Assembly: GCA_965603825.1 (NCBI GenBank)
Contig: CBFDEM010000049.1
Location: 1 to 64,000 of the forward strand
Source of the DNA: Blepharisma stoltei ATCC 30299
Lineage: Eukaryota; Protista; Ciliophora
Length of the DNA stretch: 64,000 nucleotides
Direction: 5' to 3'
Each line of letters starts with the position of its first letter. The first letter of the stretch is position 1. Below, piece by piece: positions 37,927 through 49,840 of the stretch. The notes beneath the pieces were generated by a model. The model did no database searches and was not told the DNA's origin. It saw nothing but the letters and a program-made list of their open reading frames with translations. The translations under genes were made by a program, and so were the position numbers.

Positions 37927-38194
37927 TCCTGCTAAATATTTAGAAATTAATCTAAAATAGTTTAAATTTTATAAAAGCGATTTAATATCAAATAAAAATT
38001 CTAGAGTTAAAGAAACCAAAAATTAGAAAATAGAAGTCTAGACCTTTATAATTCCAGAATATTCAGGATAAGCACAATTTAAAAATAATTTCCTATCAAT
38101 TCGGCAGCTTATAATTTGCCATCTATTATTTTCTTTTTCCTACTCCTAAATGACTAATCTCCATGGCTCCATTTACGGCTTATAATAATTTGAC

Positions 38195-38860
38195 ATGGTG
38201 GAAGCTCCTCAGCCTGTACAATTCAAGCTTGTCTTAATTGGAGATGGAGGTGTTGGCAAAACCACTTTTGTCAAGCGTCACTTGACTGGTGAATATGAAA
38301 AACGCTATATCGCTACAGTCGGTGTCGATGTGCACCCACTTACATTTTTTACAACTCGCGGTCCAGTCTGCTTCAATGTTTGGGATACTGCAGGCCAAGA
38401 AAAACTTTCAGGACTTAGAGACGGCTATTATATTGGTGGACAATGCGGTATTATCATGTTCGATGTTACCTCACGTATCACATACAAAAATGTACCTAAA
38501 TGGCACAGAGACCTCGTAAGAGTTTGCGAAAACATTCCAATTGTGCTGGTTGGTAACAAAGTCGATGTCAAGGACAGAAAAGTAAAAGCCAAACAAATCA
38601 CATATCACAGAAGACACAACCTCCAGTACTTCGATGTCTCAGCCAAGTCCAACTATCAGTTCGAAAAGCCATTCTTGTGGCTCGCTAGAAGACTCTCAGG
38701 AGACGCTAATCTCATGCTTGTCGAAGCTCCAGTATTGGCTCCTCAAGATGTCCAAATTGACCCAGAACAAATGGCAGAAATCGAAAGAGAAAACGCTGAA
38801 CTCGCAAGCTTGCAAAACGCTCCACTGCCAGCTGAAGATGAAGATGAGAATTTAGGCTAA
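38195..38860 (+). CDS. RAN: Ran GTPase, copy 1
   Basis: [25 protein letters not shown], acidic tail EDEDE. Confidence 0.98.
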   Translation: MVEAPQPVQFKLVLIGDGGVGKTTFVKRHLTGEYEKRYIATVGVDVHPLTFFTTRGPVCFNVWDTAGQEKLSGLRDGYYIGGQCGIIMFDVTSRITYKNVPKWHRDLVRVCENIPIVLVGNKVDVKDRKVKAKQITYHRRHNLQYFDVSAKSNYQFEKPFLWLARRLSGDANLMLVEAPVLAPQDVQIDPEQMAEIERENAELASLQNAPLPAEDEDENLG

Positions 38861-39118
38861 GGTGCTTATTAATTAATCCTTTTTATTTAATATCCAAGTT
38901 TTAGAATTAATATAGGCTGAGACTAAGTTTTTTGAAGGGCAATATTTGCTTAATTTCTAGAAAAATATTTTATTTCTGATTGACTGAATTATTTGGCTAT
39001 AAATATAAAACTTATAAGAATTTCTAATTTTATATACTTGACTCATAAATAGGAAATTTGATAGTGTAAATAGGAACTAAAATATCTTCCATTTACGCGC
39101 AATATATAAATAATAGAT

Positions 39119-39784
39119 ATGGAAGCTCCACCACAGCCTGTGCAGTTCAAGCTTGTCTTAATCGGAGATGGAGGTGTTGGCAAAACCACCTTTGTCAAGC
39201 GTCACTTGACTGGTGAATACGAAAAGAGATATATCGCCACCGTAGGTGTTGATGTGCACCCACTTACATTTTTTACAACTCGCGGTCCAGTCTGCTTCAA
39301 TGTGTGGGACACTGCAGGCCAAGAAAAACTTTCAGGCCTTAGAGATGGCTATTATATTGGAGGACAATGTGGTATTATCATGTTTGATGTGACCTCACGC
39401 ATCACATACAAAAATGTGCCTAAATGGCACAGAGACCTCGTAAGAGTCTGCGAAAATATTCCAATTGTGCTGGTTGGTAACAAAGTCGATGTCAAGGACA
39501 GAAAAGTAAAAGCCAAACAAATCACATACCACAGAAGACACAACCTCCAGTACTTCGATGTCTCAGCCAAGTCCAACTATCAGTTCGAAAAGCCATTCTT
39601 GTGGCTCGCTAGAAGACTCTCAGGAGACGCTAATCTCATGCTTGTCGAAGCTCCAGTATTAGCTCCTCAAGATGTCCAAATTGACCCAGAACAAATGGCA
39701 GAAATCGAAAGAGAAAACGCTGAACTCGCAAGCTTGCAAAACGCTCCACTGCCAGCTGAAGATGAAGATGAGAACCTCGGTTAA
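39119..39784 (+). CDS. RAN: Ran GTPase, copy 2
   Basis: Protein identical to copy 1 except residues 2-4. Confidence 0.98.
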   Translation: MEAPPQPVQFKLVLIGDGGVGKTTFVKRHLTGEYEKRYIATVGVDVHPLTFFTTRGPVCFNVWDTAGQEKLSGLRDGYYIGGQCGIIMFDVTSRITYKNVPKWHRDLVRVCENIPIVLVGNKVDVKDRKVKAKQITYHRRHNLQYFDVSAKSNYQFEKPFLWLARRLSGDANLMLVEAPVLAPQDVQIDPEQMAEIERENAELASLQNAPLPAEDEDENLG

Positions 39785-40148
39785 AGTGCACAATAATTAA
39801 TTCATTTTATGAGATTATTTCCATATTAAATCTTTAATAATTATCATTTTATTTTAAATAAATTTAATAAATGTTAATTACTAAAAGCTTAAATAAAAAA
39901 TAAAAGCTAAAGATTAATTATCAGCATTATATGAATATAGATAAGGAAATAAAGCTCCTACTAATTAAATTATTTAATTTAGCATTCCGCACAATTCAAA
40001 TTCAAATTTCTCCCTTTATAAAATCTCCTTCTTTTCTTAATAAAAAATATGGCTTTGCAATTCGTTTTATCGCAAATTTTTTCAACTATAACACAAACTT
40101 TTTCCATAAAAATTCCAGTAGTTTTTTAAAATATATTTCTATACTAAT

Positions 40149-40756
40149 ATGGAGAAGGAGTCAAAGACGTCGACTACTCGCTGTCCTTGCTGTGGAGGCA
40201 TTCAAAATGTCTCTTGCAAGCCTAAGCTGGATCCATTACCTCATAGATGCGCTAGGATGGGGAATAAAGAGGCGCTTTGTGGGCTGATGATGTCAGGAGT
40301 GGATGTGAATCTGATCTCGGAGGTGGATTATGCTACGCCTTTACATAGAGCGGCGGAGAGTGGGTCGGTTGAGTGTGCGCAAGTCCTGGTAGCCCACGGA
40401 GCTTTATTAAATTTAACTGATTCATCAGGTAAAACAGCTTTGCATATTGTAAGAATTAAACATAGGCAGCTGAGAGCGGACATGTCAATTTTGTAGGCTT
40501 CTTATTAGAAAAAAATGCTAAAAAATTATGTCGCAGAGGCTGCAGAAAGTGCTCAATGTTTTGTAAATTAGTATTGAGGAAAAAGCAAAAAGAAGATGAG
40601 TCTAAAAATGTCAGCCCAGCTCATCATATAAATGATGATGAAGAAGAGGAAGGAAATGACCTTGACAAGCTTGACTTTATGGCAGAGCTTGAAAAATTAA
40701 GACCAGCATTGGGAAACATATGTGTGAGTAAAGAAGGTGAAATCATCACTATCTAA
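40149..40756 (+). CDS. Small ankyrin-repeat protein with one 17-nt intron
   Basis: TPLHRAAESG repeat; removing 40449-40465 gives TALHI|AAESGHVNFVGFLLEKNA and joins ORF 40556-40756. Confidence 0.85.
40449..40465 (+). other. 17-nt intron GTAAGAATTAAACATAG
   Basis: GT-AG, A six nt from the 3' end; restores the ankyrin consensus and the frame. Confidence 0.85.
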
Positions 40757-40944
40757 ATAATTTAATTTAATTTCTAATTAAAATAAATTAATTTCAATAA
40801 TTTAAAAATAAATTTTAGCATAAAACAGCATCATAGCTTATTATTAATGCTAAATTTTTAAAATCGACTCAAATATCTTATTATTCACCAGATATAATTC
40901 TATTTAATCCTAAATAAATATGCAATTAACATAAGTTATAATTT

Positions 40945-41595
40945 ATGAATAAATCATATGGGAAACCTATCTCACTAAACAACTCCTTAGCTTCCCCACA
41001 CAACAAAAGCATTTCTTCTATTCCGTCATTCCTTATACGCTCTAAGCCAAAATCAAAAACTCTCCGCAAAAAAGTGTCAAGAACCCAGTCTGAGGTTCAT
41101 TTTTGGAATCCACCAAGCTCGCCAAAACAGCCCATAAACAATTCCACAGAAAAAGTCTCCACAACAATTCTATCGAATTCTCAACTCGGTGAGCCTAGCC
41201 CTCATAATTTATCTAAAGGCTTTGAGCTATGCTACAAGCTCTTTCCAAAACCTTCATTTCTTATGCATTCAGAAACAAAGAAAAAAACACTCAAAATTAA
41301 TTGCGAATTCAGCAATAATGAGGTTGAGAGGTCTATTCAGACTCTGAACCATAAAAGACATTCTACTATTACAAGAAAAGCTTTGGGGAACTTAGTGCCT
41401 GAGCCAGAGCCAACTCCAGTAACTCCAATTGCGCTTAAGAAAAGAAAACACCCAATCAGTTTTTCTAAAATGGTAGAAAATACAGAAAAGAATTGGAAAT
41501 CTGATATAGAAAAAATCCTTGAAAGTCTACAGAGCAGGAAATTAAGAGGAATTTATTTTTACGATAAAATTATAAATAAATGTAAAGTTAAATAA
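40945..41595 (+). CDS. Hypothetical basic S/P/K-rich protein, 216 aa
   Basis: Uninterrupted ORF ending in TAA. Confidence 0.65.
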   Translation: MNKSYGKPISLNNSLASPHNKSISSIPSFLIRSKPKSKTLRKKVSRTQSEVHFWNPPSSPKQPINNSTEKVSTTILSNSQLGEPSPHNLSKGFELCYKLFPKPSFLMHSETKKKTLKINCEFSNNEVERSIQTLNHKRHSTITRKALGNLVPEPEPTPVTPIALKKRKHPISFSKMVENTEKNWKSDIEKILESLQSRKLRGIYFYDKIINKCKVK

Positions 41596-41607
41596 AGATA
41601 GCATTAC

Positions 41608-43755
41608 TTATAAACTTTTTTCCCAATTTTTTATCAGCTCTCCCTTAAGAATTTCTATCGCTTCTGGCCTATTTTTCGGATCTGGCTCTGTCATTGCCAT
41701 CACAATTTGATGCTCTATTGGGTAATTTTTGATAAATTCAGTTGGAAAAGTATGGGATTCTCTCACATCTTTCAGCATCCTATACCTTTCATGGTAAGTT
41801 TCAAACTTATGTGAAAGCTCCAATAAAATAATCCCAAGCGAAAAAATATCTACTTTATGGTTATAATTGGTGCTAAATTCCTGCTCAGGTGCTAAATACA
41901 AAGGAGTCCCTATATTCATTGATAGTGCTGATTTAAGAATTTCAGTATAATCTTCTATATATGAATATTCAGACGATACCATAACTCTAGCTAAGCCTAA
42001 GTCCCCGATTTTTACGTTATCTTTTCCATTGATAAAAATATTGGCAGGTTTTAAATCTCTATGAATTATGGCATGCTCATGAATATATTTAATCCCTTTC
42101 AGCATCTGAGTGAAAAACTGTAAATTTCTTTCTCGGTCGATCTTATGGTTAGGCTGGTCTAGCCATTCTCGTAAATTCATGCCATCACAATACTCCATTT
42201 GGATATATAAATATAAATCAATCATTTTGTCGCCTTCGCTAGCCAGTTTGGAGCTCTGCAAGTTATTTGAGCTTTTTAGGCTTGATAATTCGGTAGCACT
42301 TTGGATGTAACTGCTAGACACCTCACTTTCTTCTATATCTTCCATATAGCTTGGCTCTTTTTCAGCCCAACAAGTGATGTATCTTACTATATATTTAGAT
42401 TGGAGCTGCTTAATTGCGTTTACTTCTGAAAAAAGTTTATGCTTTTTGATGTTTTCTTCAGGGTTAATCTGCATTTTTACTATTTTTATTGCATAAAGCT
42501 GGTCATCAAGGTTATGCTCAGCTAGGTGAACAGAGGCAAAACCGCCGCTTCCTAGGATCCTTTGGTATTTGTAATGCCTTTTATAGTGTCCATCATCTAA
42601 AAAGCTCCTTAATTCTTTATTCGGGATTTTCGGGTCATCAAAAGATTTATAATGGCTTGACTCACTGCTGGATTTGGTGAAATCTGAAGCTTCATTGTTT
42701 ATTTGCGAATTTTCCTTAACGGCGACTGAGTGCTCAGAAAATTCAGGAGACTTCTGAGAATTTTTGGATTCTTCAAAAACTGAAACTTCATGAGCTGAAC
42801 TAATTGCTGATAGATCCAGCTTTGAAATTGGGTATATTTTATGCTCAGTAGCATCAAAATTGTCTAGAAGTTGGTTACTATCTTTATTTAAGCTTTCACT
42901 TGGAGCAGTGCTTTCAGTGTTTCTGGGTTTTTCACAAGGGATTTTTTCGACTTGCAGCCTGCCAACGTGAATTCCAATAACCATAGAAGAAAGGACTAAA
43001 ATAGCGATCCAGTAATAATTTATAATAAAGTCCCAGATCATAGTTCCACAGGTTCCTGCTGAGTTATAATCATAATCCAAACATTCATTTTCTTCTGAAT
43101 TTTCTTCTTCATCTGAGTGCACTATTGTATGATTATACGACTGATCTATAATACTCAATGCGTTTTCCTTTTCTTTTAATCCAGAACTAGCTATCTCCAA
43201 ACTATCATTTGCTACATTTAGCCCTGAATATTGGGTAAAATTCAAATTCCACATTATCTCGCCTGATAAAAAATTCACCGCTTCTAATGAGTAGTCAAAT
43301 TTTCCTAACAAAGCTCGGTTAAAATCCAATTCAGTCCCATACAAAAGTGCAGGCAATTCTTCAATAAAATATTCCTCGTCTTTCTGTACAACCTGATAGA
43401 GTTTTAGCTTTTTTGAGCCGACGATTAAAGTGTCAGGGAATTCTGATAAGTAAAATGGAGACTTGTTCACAGCTTCTTCAATGGAGTAAGGCAATTTTAT
43501 ATATAGTCCTTCTGAATTAATAAGGTATAGGTCGCCTTTATCAGTTGCATGGATCTGTTGAGGACCGATTAGATTTGAAGCGTAGGAAATTAAAGGAGAA
43601 ATTTTGCCTGTAGATAAAGTTGCCAGGTCTGATGAGGAAATTTTGCTTGGGGATTTTAAGATGATGGGATTGGAAGAAGTAAGGGGGAGAAGCCGGTCTT
43701 CAGGTTTTGGCTGAGATGAGTAGCAGCCCAAAATTATGAGGAAGAAAATTAGCAT
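41608..43755 (-). CDS. PERK-like transmembrane eIF2-alpha kinase, 715 aa
   Basis: Signal peptide; luminal KLPYSIEEAVNKSPF..IVGSKK (IRE1/PERK luminal-like); TM helix; kinase with YAIK, IVRYITCW + insert, LYIQMEYC, HRDLKPAN, VKIGDLGL, GTPLYLAPEQ. Confidence 0.88.
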   Translation of the reverse strand: MLIFFLIILGCYSSQPKPEDRLLPLTSSNPIILKSPSKISSSDLATLSTGKISPLISYASNLIGPQQIHATDKGDLYLINSEGLYIKLPYSIEEAVNKSPFYLSEFPDTLIVGSKKLKLYQVVQKDEEYFIEELPALLYGTELDFNRALLGKFDYSLEAVNFLSGEIMWNLNFTQYSGLNVANDSLEIASSGLKEKENALSIIDQSYNHTIVHSDEEENSEENECLDYDYNSAGTCGTMIWDFIINYYWIAILVLSSMVIGIHVGRLQVEKIPCEKPRNTESTAPSESLNKDSNQLLDNFDATEHKIYPISKLDLSAISSAHEVSVFEESKNSQKSPEFSEHSVAVKENSQINNEASDFTKSSSESSHYKSFDDPKIPNKELRSFLDDGHYKRHYKYQRILGSGGFASVHLAEHNLDDQLYAIKIVKMQINPEENIKKHKLFSEVNAIKQLQSKYIVRYITCWAEKEPSYMEDIEESEVSSSYIQSATELSSLKSSNNLQSSKLASEGDKMIDLYLYIQMEYCDGMNLREWLDQPNHKIDRERNLQFFTQMLKGIKYIHEHAIIHRDLKPANIFINGKDNVKIGDLGLARVMVSSEYSYIEDYTEILKSALSMNIGTPLYLAPEQEFSTNYNHKVDIFSLGIILLELSHKFETYHERYRMLKDVRESHTFPTEFIKNYPIEHQIVMAMTEPDPKNRPEAIEILKGELIKNWEKSL

Positions 43756-44464
43756 TTTTAAACGTGTTTTATATTTATTTTCTAATAAGCGTTTGCAAAG
43801 AAAATAATGGGTTTCAAATATGAGTATTAGAAATTAACTTATTGAGATCACGAATATAAAGAATTTTCAAGACTTTGTTGAGTAGAGAATAGTTTTTTAG
43901 TAGGAAAAATTGAAAAATTATAATGGTTTTTCCTAGTAGGAAAAAGTATTATTGATATTCATAAATAAGGTCTTGCATAATTTAGCACGATAAATCTCTT
44001 GGATAGACAGATTTTGTAGAGTTATTTGTGAATACTTAATCAAAATATTAAATAATTAATCTCTGTCAATGTCTTTTGAAGGATGAGTAGGTTAAAATTA
44101 GATATTTAATAGTTTTATAAGCAAAAATGTTTATATTCAATATACAATCTATTTCAATCTATTATAAAGTATTGATAAATCCTCCAAATTGTCTGTCACA
44201 AGCAAAGAAGCTTTATCTTAAAATTCTAAATTATAAAATATCTCCTCTTTTCAAACCTCAGCATAATAATGATATCATATTTCTATTTATTTTTTAATTC
44301 AAAGCTACAATTACTTGAACATTATAGGTTTGGGGATATTATTATTCTTTTTATTGAAAATAATTTATTATAATTATCACAATAAATTCAATCCAAAACT
44401 TATAATAAAATGTTTTTTCACAGATTTTCAACTATAATATCTTTTAATTAATAAAATCAGTACT

Positions 44465-45790
44465 TTAGGAGGAATAATTATATGAAAGAATAGTTTTCCT
44501 AAACGAAGCAGCACACAGAAGAGGCACAAATGGATGTCACGACACATCTCTAATTAATTTCGTTTCTTGTAAAGGCCCATCATACGGATCCTTCAATATT
44601 CTAGCTGTTTTTCCAGTAACAGAGTCAAAAATATGCACATCGCCATCAGAGCTCCCTGTATATATAAATCTCTGCCCTGTCGAAAACAATGGAGAAAAGA
44701 AGCATCTAATGCACGTCCCAAACACCGCATGACCCCTAAAAGTCATCAATGAAGTATCCGCAGCCAGTTTTTTCGTATAATTTTTCAAAGGATAGCGTTC
44801 CCATCTGTAGTCAAAATACGTCTGGTATCGATGACTTCGTTTAAACTCTATATACACCTTTTGGCTTGTCATAGTTCTGATATCCCACAGCTTTAAAGTC
44901 TGGTCTTTGCTGTTCGAAACCAAAGAAATCCCATCATACTTAGGCGACACATAAGTAACTCCTTCTCTATGCCCTACCAAAACTCCTTGAGGTAGCCCAT
45001 CATATTTTAAGCACCTTAAATCCCAAATTTTGATGCAAGACTCATCAGAGCCTGATGCTATAATATTGGATTTTTCTGGGTCCATAAAGCAAACAGAATT
45101 CACGTCGTCATCATGAGCTTTCTGTACAGAACACACAAGTTTTTTCTTTACCAGGTCATACATCTCTAGGGAGCGCCTATTTGTGCCGACTATCACCTTG
45201 TTGCTGTCACCTGAAAATTTGACACTGAAAATTCCAGCGTTTGTATCAATAGCGTCATAAGTTGTAACTCCGTTGATGCTTCCTTGGGTAAAATTATAGT
45301 CGTCTATATTGGAATCGTCTATTGGGGTTAGCCTAAGCTTGGATTCGAAACTGGAAAGGATTAAGTATTTTTCGCAAGGGCTCAGGTCTACATCATTAAA
45401 AGACCAAAATGAGCCATTTACATCAAGGGATTTTTGAAGAGTCCAATTCAATGGGTCAGTTGTATTAAATATTCTGATTTGCTTTTGGGTTGTACAATAA
45501 TACATGTCTCCCGACTGGGAAAACTGCCCATTAAAAACCCAGTTGTCAAACAATGGGCCTTCGGAATAAAGCTAAATATTTGATACTTTATTAGGGATTA
45601 GCCTATTTGAGCAGGAAAAATTTCATGGGCCTGGAAGGCCAAATTCTCGGTTCATGATAGAATCTTGAACTGGTCCGTATTCTAAATCTTCAGCTGTGAG
45701 AAAGGAATCAGAAAAGCTTCTATCATCAGGAACATCGTCTGCTGATTGATAAGCCTGGTTAGTGCCAGACTGGAATGAAAAACCATTCAT
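44465..45790 (-). CDS. DCAF11: DCAF11/WDR23 (LEC14B-like) WD40 protein with one 15-nt intron
   Basis: AHDDDVNSV, GHREGVTYV, SKDQTLKLWDIR, FDYRW, TFRGHAV..IRCFFSP..TGQRFIYTGS, RDVS(W)HP; ATG 45790. Confidence 0.88.
45572..45586 (-). other. 15-nt intron GTATCAAATATTTAG
   Basis: GT-AG, A at position 10; removes an in-frame TAG. Confidence 0.9.
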
Positions 45791-47179
45791 TAAATATTAT
45801 AATCAGATTTAAGGATTATTTTTTCCTTTAATTTGATTATACCAACTATATAGACATGAACCAATTTTGTTTAGAATGAAAGTGGAAAAACTAAAAAATA
45901 AACCGTTTCCATTAGGAAGACTCATGGAAAATATATAATTGAAATAAAAAGTAGCTCTTCTAGAAGGAATTGGAAATTTCGATTGCAGATAGTATTTAAT
46001 GAGGCAATCTTTCTTATTTTAAATAATAGAATGTGCTAAAACGTCAAAAATTTAAATTTGTTGACTGGTAATTAGTTCAGGCCTACTGATTTTATATTAT
46101 TAAAAAGGATGGCTAATCTTAATAGTAATTGCTATAATTAAATCTGAATATTTTTAAAATGCAACACTGCACTTTAAAGTTAAGAATTGCAATGCTTTGT
46201 GAAAATACTAAAATTGAGACAAAGATAGCTTAATTGTTATGTAAATTTCATTAGTTTTACTCACAAAAAAATTGAAAAGTATAGAGAAACTAAATAGAGC
46301 TTAATATAAACAACACAGCATGAGAATTAATTGCTAATGCATGTGAATTAGGGCTACTGGAGCCTACTTTTATACTCAAATATTGTTTATATTTAAAATT
46401 TAGCACAAGAAGAAAAAGACAGTTTTGTTGTCTTTCTATGCTGTTTAATGATTCCTAATAATACCAATAGAGCTTGATATTTTGTTTCTTATATACCAGA
46501 ATTAAATTATAAAGTAATTAAGATAATGCTCTTTGCTTAATAATAGTGATGATAATTATTTTTAGTAGTCGTTTAATATAAAAATTATAGCTTACAATAC
46601 AAAAATGTTTTATATCTAATCATTGGCTGAAGTCTAAAAAAGGCTTTAATCTATCACATTATATTATAATTTTTTTCAATCGAGTTTAAGGTATTTAAAT
46701 CCTTAAAACTAATATTTAAGCAAATATGAAATTAAAACCTCAGTGCTCTCAAAAAAAAATGCTTCTATAAGAAAACACTAAGTTTTGAACTTAAAATTGG
46801 TGTGATTCTTGCAAAGCAATACAAAGAAAATAAAATCTTAATATTATGAAATAGCCCCCACAAAAATAGAAATAATTTTTCAGTCAAAAGTCACCTTCAT
46901 TATTAGCATAATGCTCTATGATTTATATATGCTGACTTCTCAACCTGGAGCGATCAAATCCTGTATTTTTGATATTAATATAATCAACAAAGTAAAATAG
47001 TAATTTATATAATATTTAATATCTAAATTAATGATATATTTAAACTAATAATAAACTATGATATATATATTAGCTGCCATCTAAATTAGGGCGCAACTAC
47101 TGGTAGAATCCTAAGAGAATAGGGTTCAGCCTGCTTAGAAAATAAAATTCTGCATTTATAATTTAAAAATGTCAGTGTG

Positions 47180-47711
47180 GATTTCTGAAAAAGGTTATTG
47201 AAATAGCTAAGTGACTATAATAAAATAGTCTTGGAACTTTTGGAGAGCTCAAATGTGATAAAGCCAACAGGATCAGAATAAAGCATCATATAAATCAGAG
47301 TATTAAATATTAATCTAGATAAACAAAATAACAATTGCTTTTTGATAACTCACTTATAGTGCCCAATAAATTTGTCTAAAACCATTTTATAAAGGGCTTC
47401 CAATACAGTTTGTTTGAAGATTTCAGTATTTTGTAAATTCAGTATCGATTTCTGAAGATCAGGCTATTGAATGGTTAAGTGACTATAATAAAATAGTCTT
47501 GCAACTTTTGGAGGGTTCAATTTTATTAAAGTCATCAGAATTAAGTTTTGAAGAGGAAGAAGAGGAGGAAACAAAAGAAGAGCTTTCAGAAAATGTAGAT
47601 ATAGACTTATGGAGAGTAGGATATGAAAAATTGGCTGTAGAAATAAATGACTTAAAACAAAGAAACCCAGCTTTTTTAGTTCAGAAAATGAGGCTGCAAT
47701 TCAAAATTTAG
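47180..47711 (+). pseudogene. Decayed ORF with an internal ~70-bp imperfect direct repeat
   Basis: AAGTGACTATAATAAAATAGTCTTG occurs at ~47209 and ~47477 (LSDYNKIVL); stops upstream of ORF 47499-47711. Confidence 0.35.
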
Positions 47712-48235
47712 ATCTTTTTCAAGAAGAAAACATTTTTATTGTGTTTGTCTACTCAGCCATAAATTATCAATGGCTTGCTATTGATCCGAATATATTATCT
47801 CCTCTAAAATGCTGGACCTTTACTTTTAACTCTTTTAAATACGTGCTGATTTCATTTTTTTATTATTTGGAATCGTAAAAAAGCTATGATTTTCTTGATT
47901 TTTGGAGGATTTTCTACACTTCATGCATAGAAACTCTTGAATCAGAGTGATATTTGGTAAACTAACACTGGAAAGCTCTTCTAATTTTGATAATAAGCAG
48001 ACTAAAATCTCTTTTGAATCTTGCTGGCCTAATGAATCAAGCTATATAGAGATTACTAATGGAAATTCTTAGTTAACTTGATTTTCAAAAGTTCTTAAAG
48101 CTTAAAAATTGTGAAAGGACTTCTGATAAAGTTCTGCTTCAAAAAATTGTATCGGTAATAATAATGATTCATAATAGTATTGAAAGTCTCTAAGCTGTAA
48201 AATCAATTACTTCATTCTGGTATTAAAATAAATAA

Positions 48236-49795
48236 ATGGGTACATGTAAATCATTTCCTTGCTTGCACAACGAAACAATAGAAAGCGGATTCTACACTTC
48301 TGCAGACGCTTTTCCACTTAAACTAACTCCAACACAAAGTACTAGTGGACGGAAATCCTCTGATTCTCCTCAACGAAATTTAGATCTAGCCAAAACTAGC
48401 CCAATACTTAAAATCCACCGTGCAAATTTTGTTCATATCTCTCAAGGCAGAATCACTGATTTCTATCATATGCAAGAACCTCTGGGGAATGGCAGCTTTG
48501 GTCGTGTATATAAAGCATTACATATAAGCACAGGAATTTATCGAGCTGTCAAAGCAATTTCTAAGCGGCATCTGGATGCTGATGATCAAGCTCTGCTACT
48601 TAAAGAAGTGGAAATCTTAAAAAGCTTAGACCACCCTAACATTTTGAAGATTTTTGAAGTCATTGAAGATAACAACACCTTTTACATCATCACAGAGCTC
48701 TGCACAGGAGGCGAAATTTTTGATAAAATTGTTTCTCAAGGCCACGTGTCAGAAAACAATGCTGCATGGTATATGTATCAGGTATTATCTGCTCTGTCTT
48801 GCTGCTATAAAAATGGGATTGTGCATAGAGACTTAAAACCAGAAAATTTGTTACTGAGGGACAAGGAAAGCGATTCGCCTTTAAAACTAATTGATTTCGG
48901 AACTTCCAGAAGATTCAAAGCCAATCGGAAGCTTAAATCAGTGATTGGGACTGCTTATTATATAGCTCCAGAAGTAATTGAAGGCCGCTATGATTCTAAA
49001 TGTGACATATGGAGCTCAGGAGTTATCTTATATACCATGCTCTGTGGCAATCCTCCATTTAACGGAACCAGTGACAAAGAAATCATGACCAAAATATCCC
49101 GAGGAGTCTTTACTTTTTCCAACCAAGAATGGACTTACGTCTCCAAAGAAGCCAAATATTTAATCAAAAAAATGCTCACAAAAAATCCAGAGACCAGACC
49201 GAACGCTGAAGAGCTCCTTAAAGATCCTTGAATCATTGAGAGAGCCAGGAATAAAATCGAGGACAACATAATCAATGGTAATACCTTGTCCAATTTGAGA
49301 AGCTGGAAGGCTAATTATAAGCTCCAACAAGCCGTGTTGGCTTATATTGCTTCTCAGCTGATCACAGAAGAAGAGACTGAAGAGATCAGAAAAGCTTTTA
49401 TTGCAATTGACGAAAACGGTGACGGAAAACTAAGCGCTGAAGAGTTGAAGCAAGGCTTTGAAAAGGCGTCTATTGGAAAAGATATCAATGTAGAAGAAAT
49501 TTTGGCTAATTGTGACACTGATTATAATGGATATATTGACTATAATGAATTTTTGACTGCTACATTAGACTGGCACAAGGCACTGTCTGATGATAGGCTA
49601 CAAGCAACTTTTAATGCAATTGACACTGATAAGAGTGGGACGCTGTCAGTAAGCGAAATTAAGAACTTTTTAGGAGGAGACCAGCAGATTGAAAATACTG
49701 TGTGGGAGAAAATAATAAAAGATGCGGACACAAATGGGGATGGAGTCATTGATTTCAATGAATTCAAGGCTGCAATGATGAAACACATAGTGTAA
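48236..49795 (+). CDS. Calcium-dependent protein kinase (CDPK), 519 aa
   Basis: MGTC acylation motif; kinase (GNGSFG, HRDLKPEN, DFG, APE); DP(W) TGA at 49229; junction domain and four EF-hands. Confidence 0.96.
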
Positions 49796-49840
49796 ATTAA
49801 TAAATAAGGAGGAATTATTGTGTTAATAACTATAATACAA

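Noticed and set aside
47212-47230. GACTAT-AATAAA-ATAGTC palindrome as a transposon end
   Set aside because: Occurs in direct, not inverted, copies with no TSD; better explained as an internal duplication of a decayed ORF.
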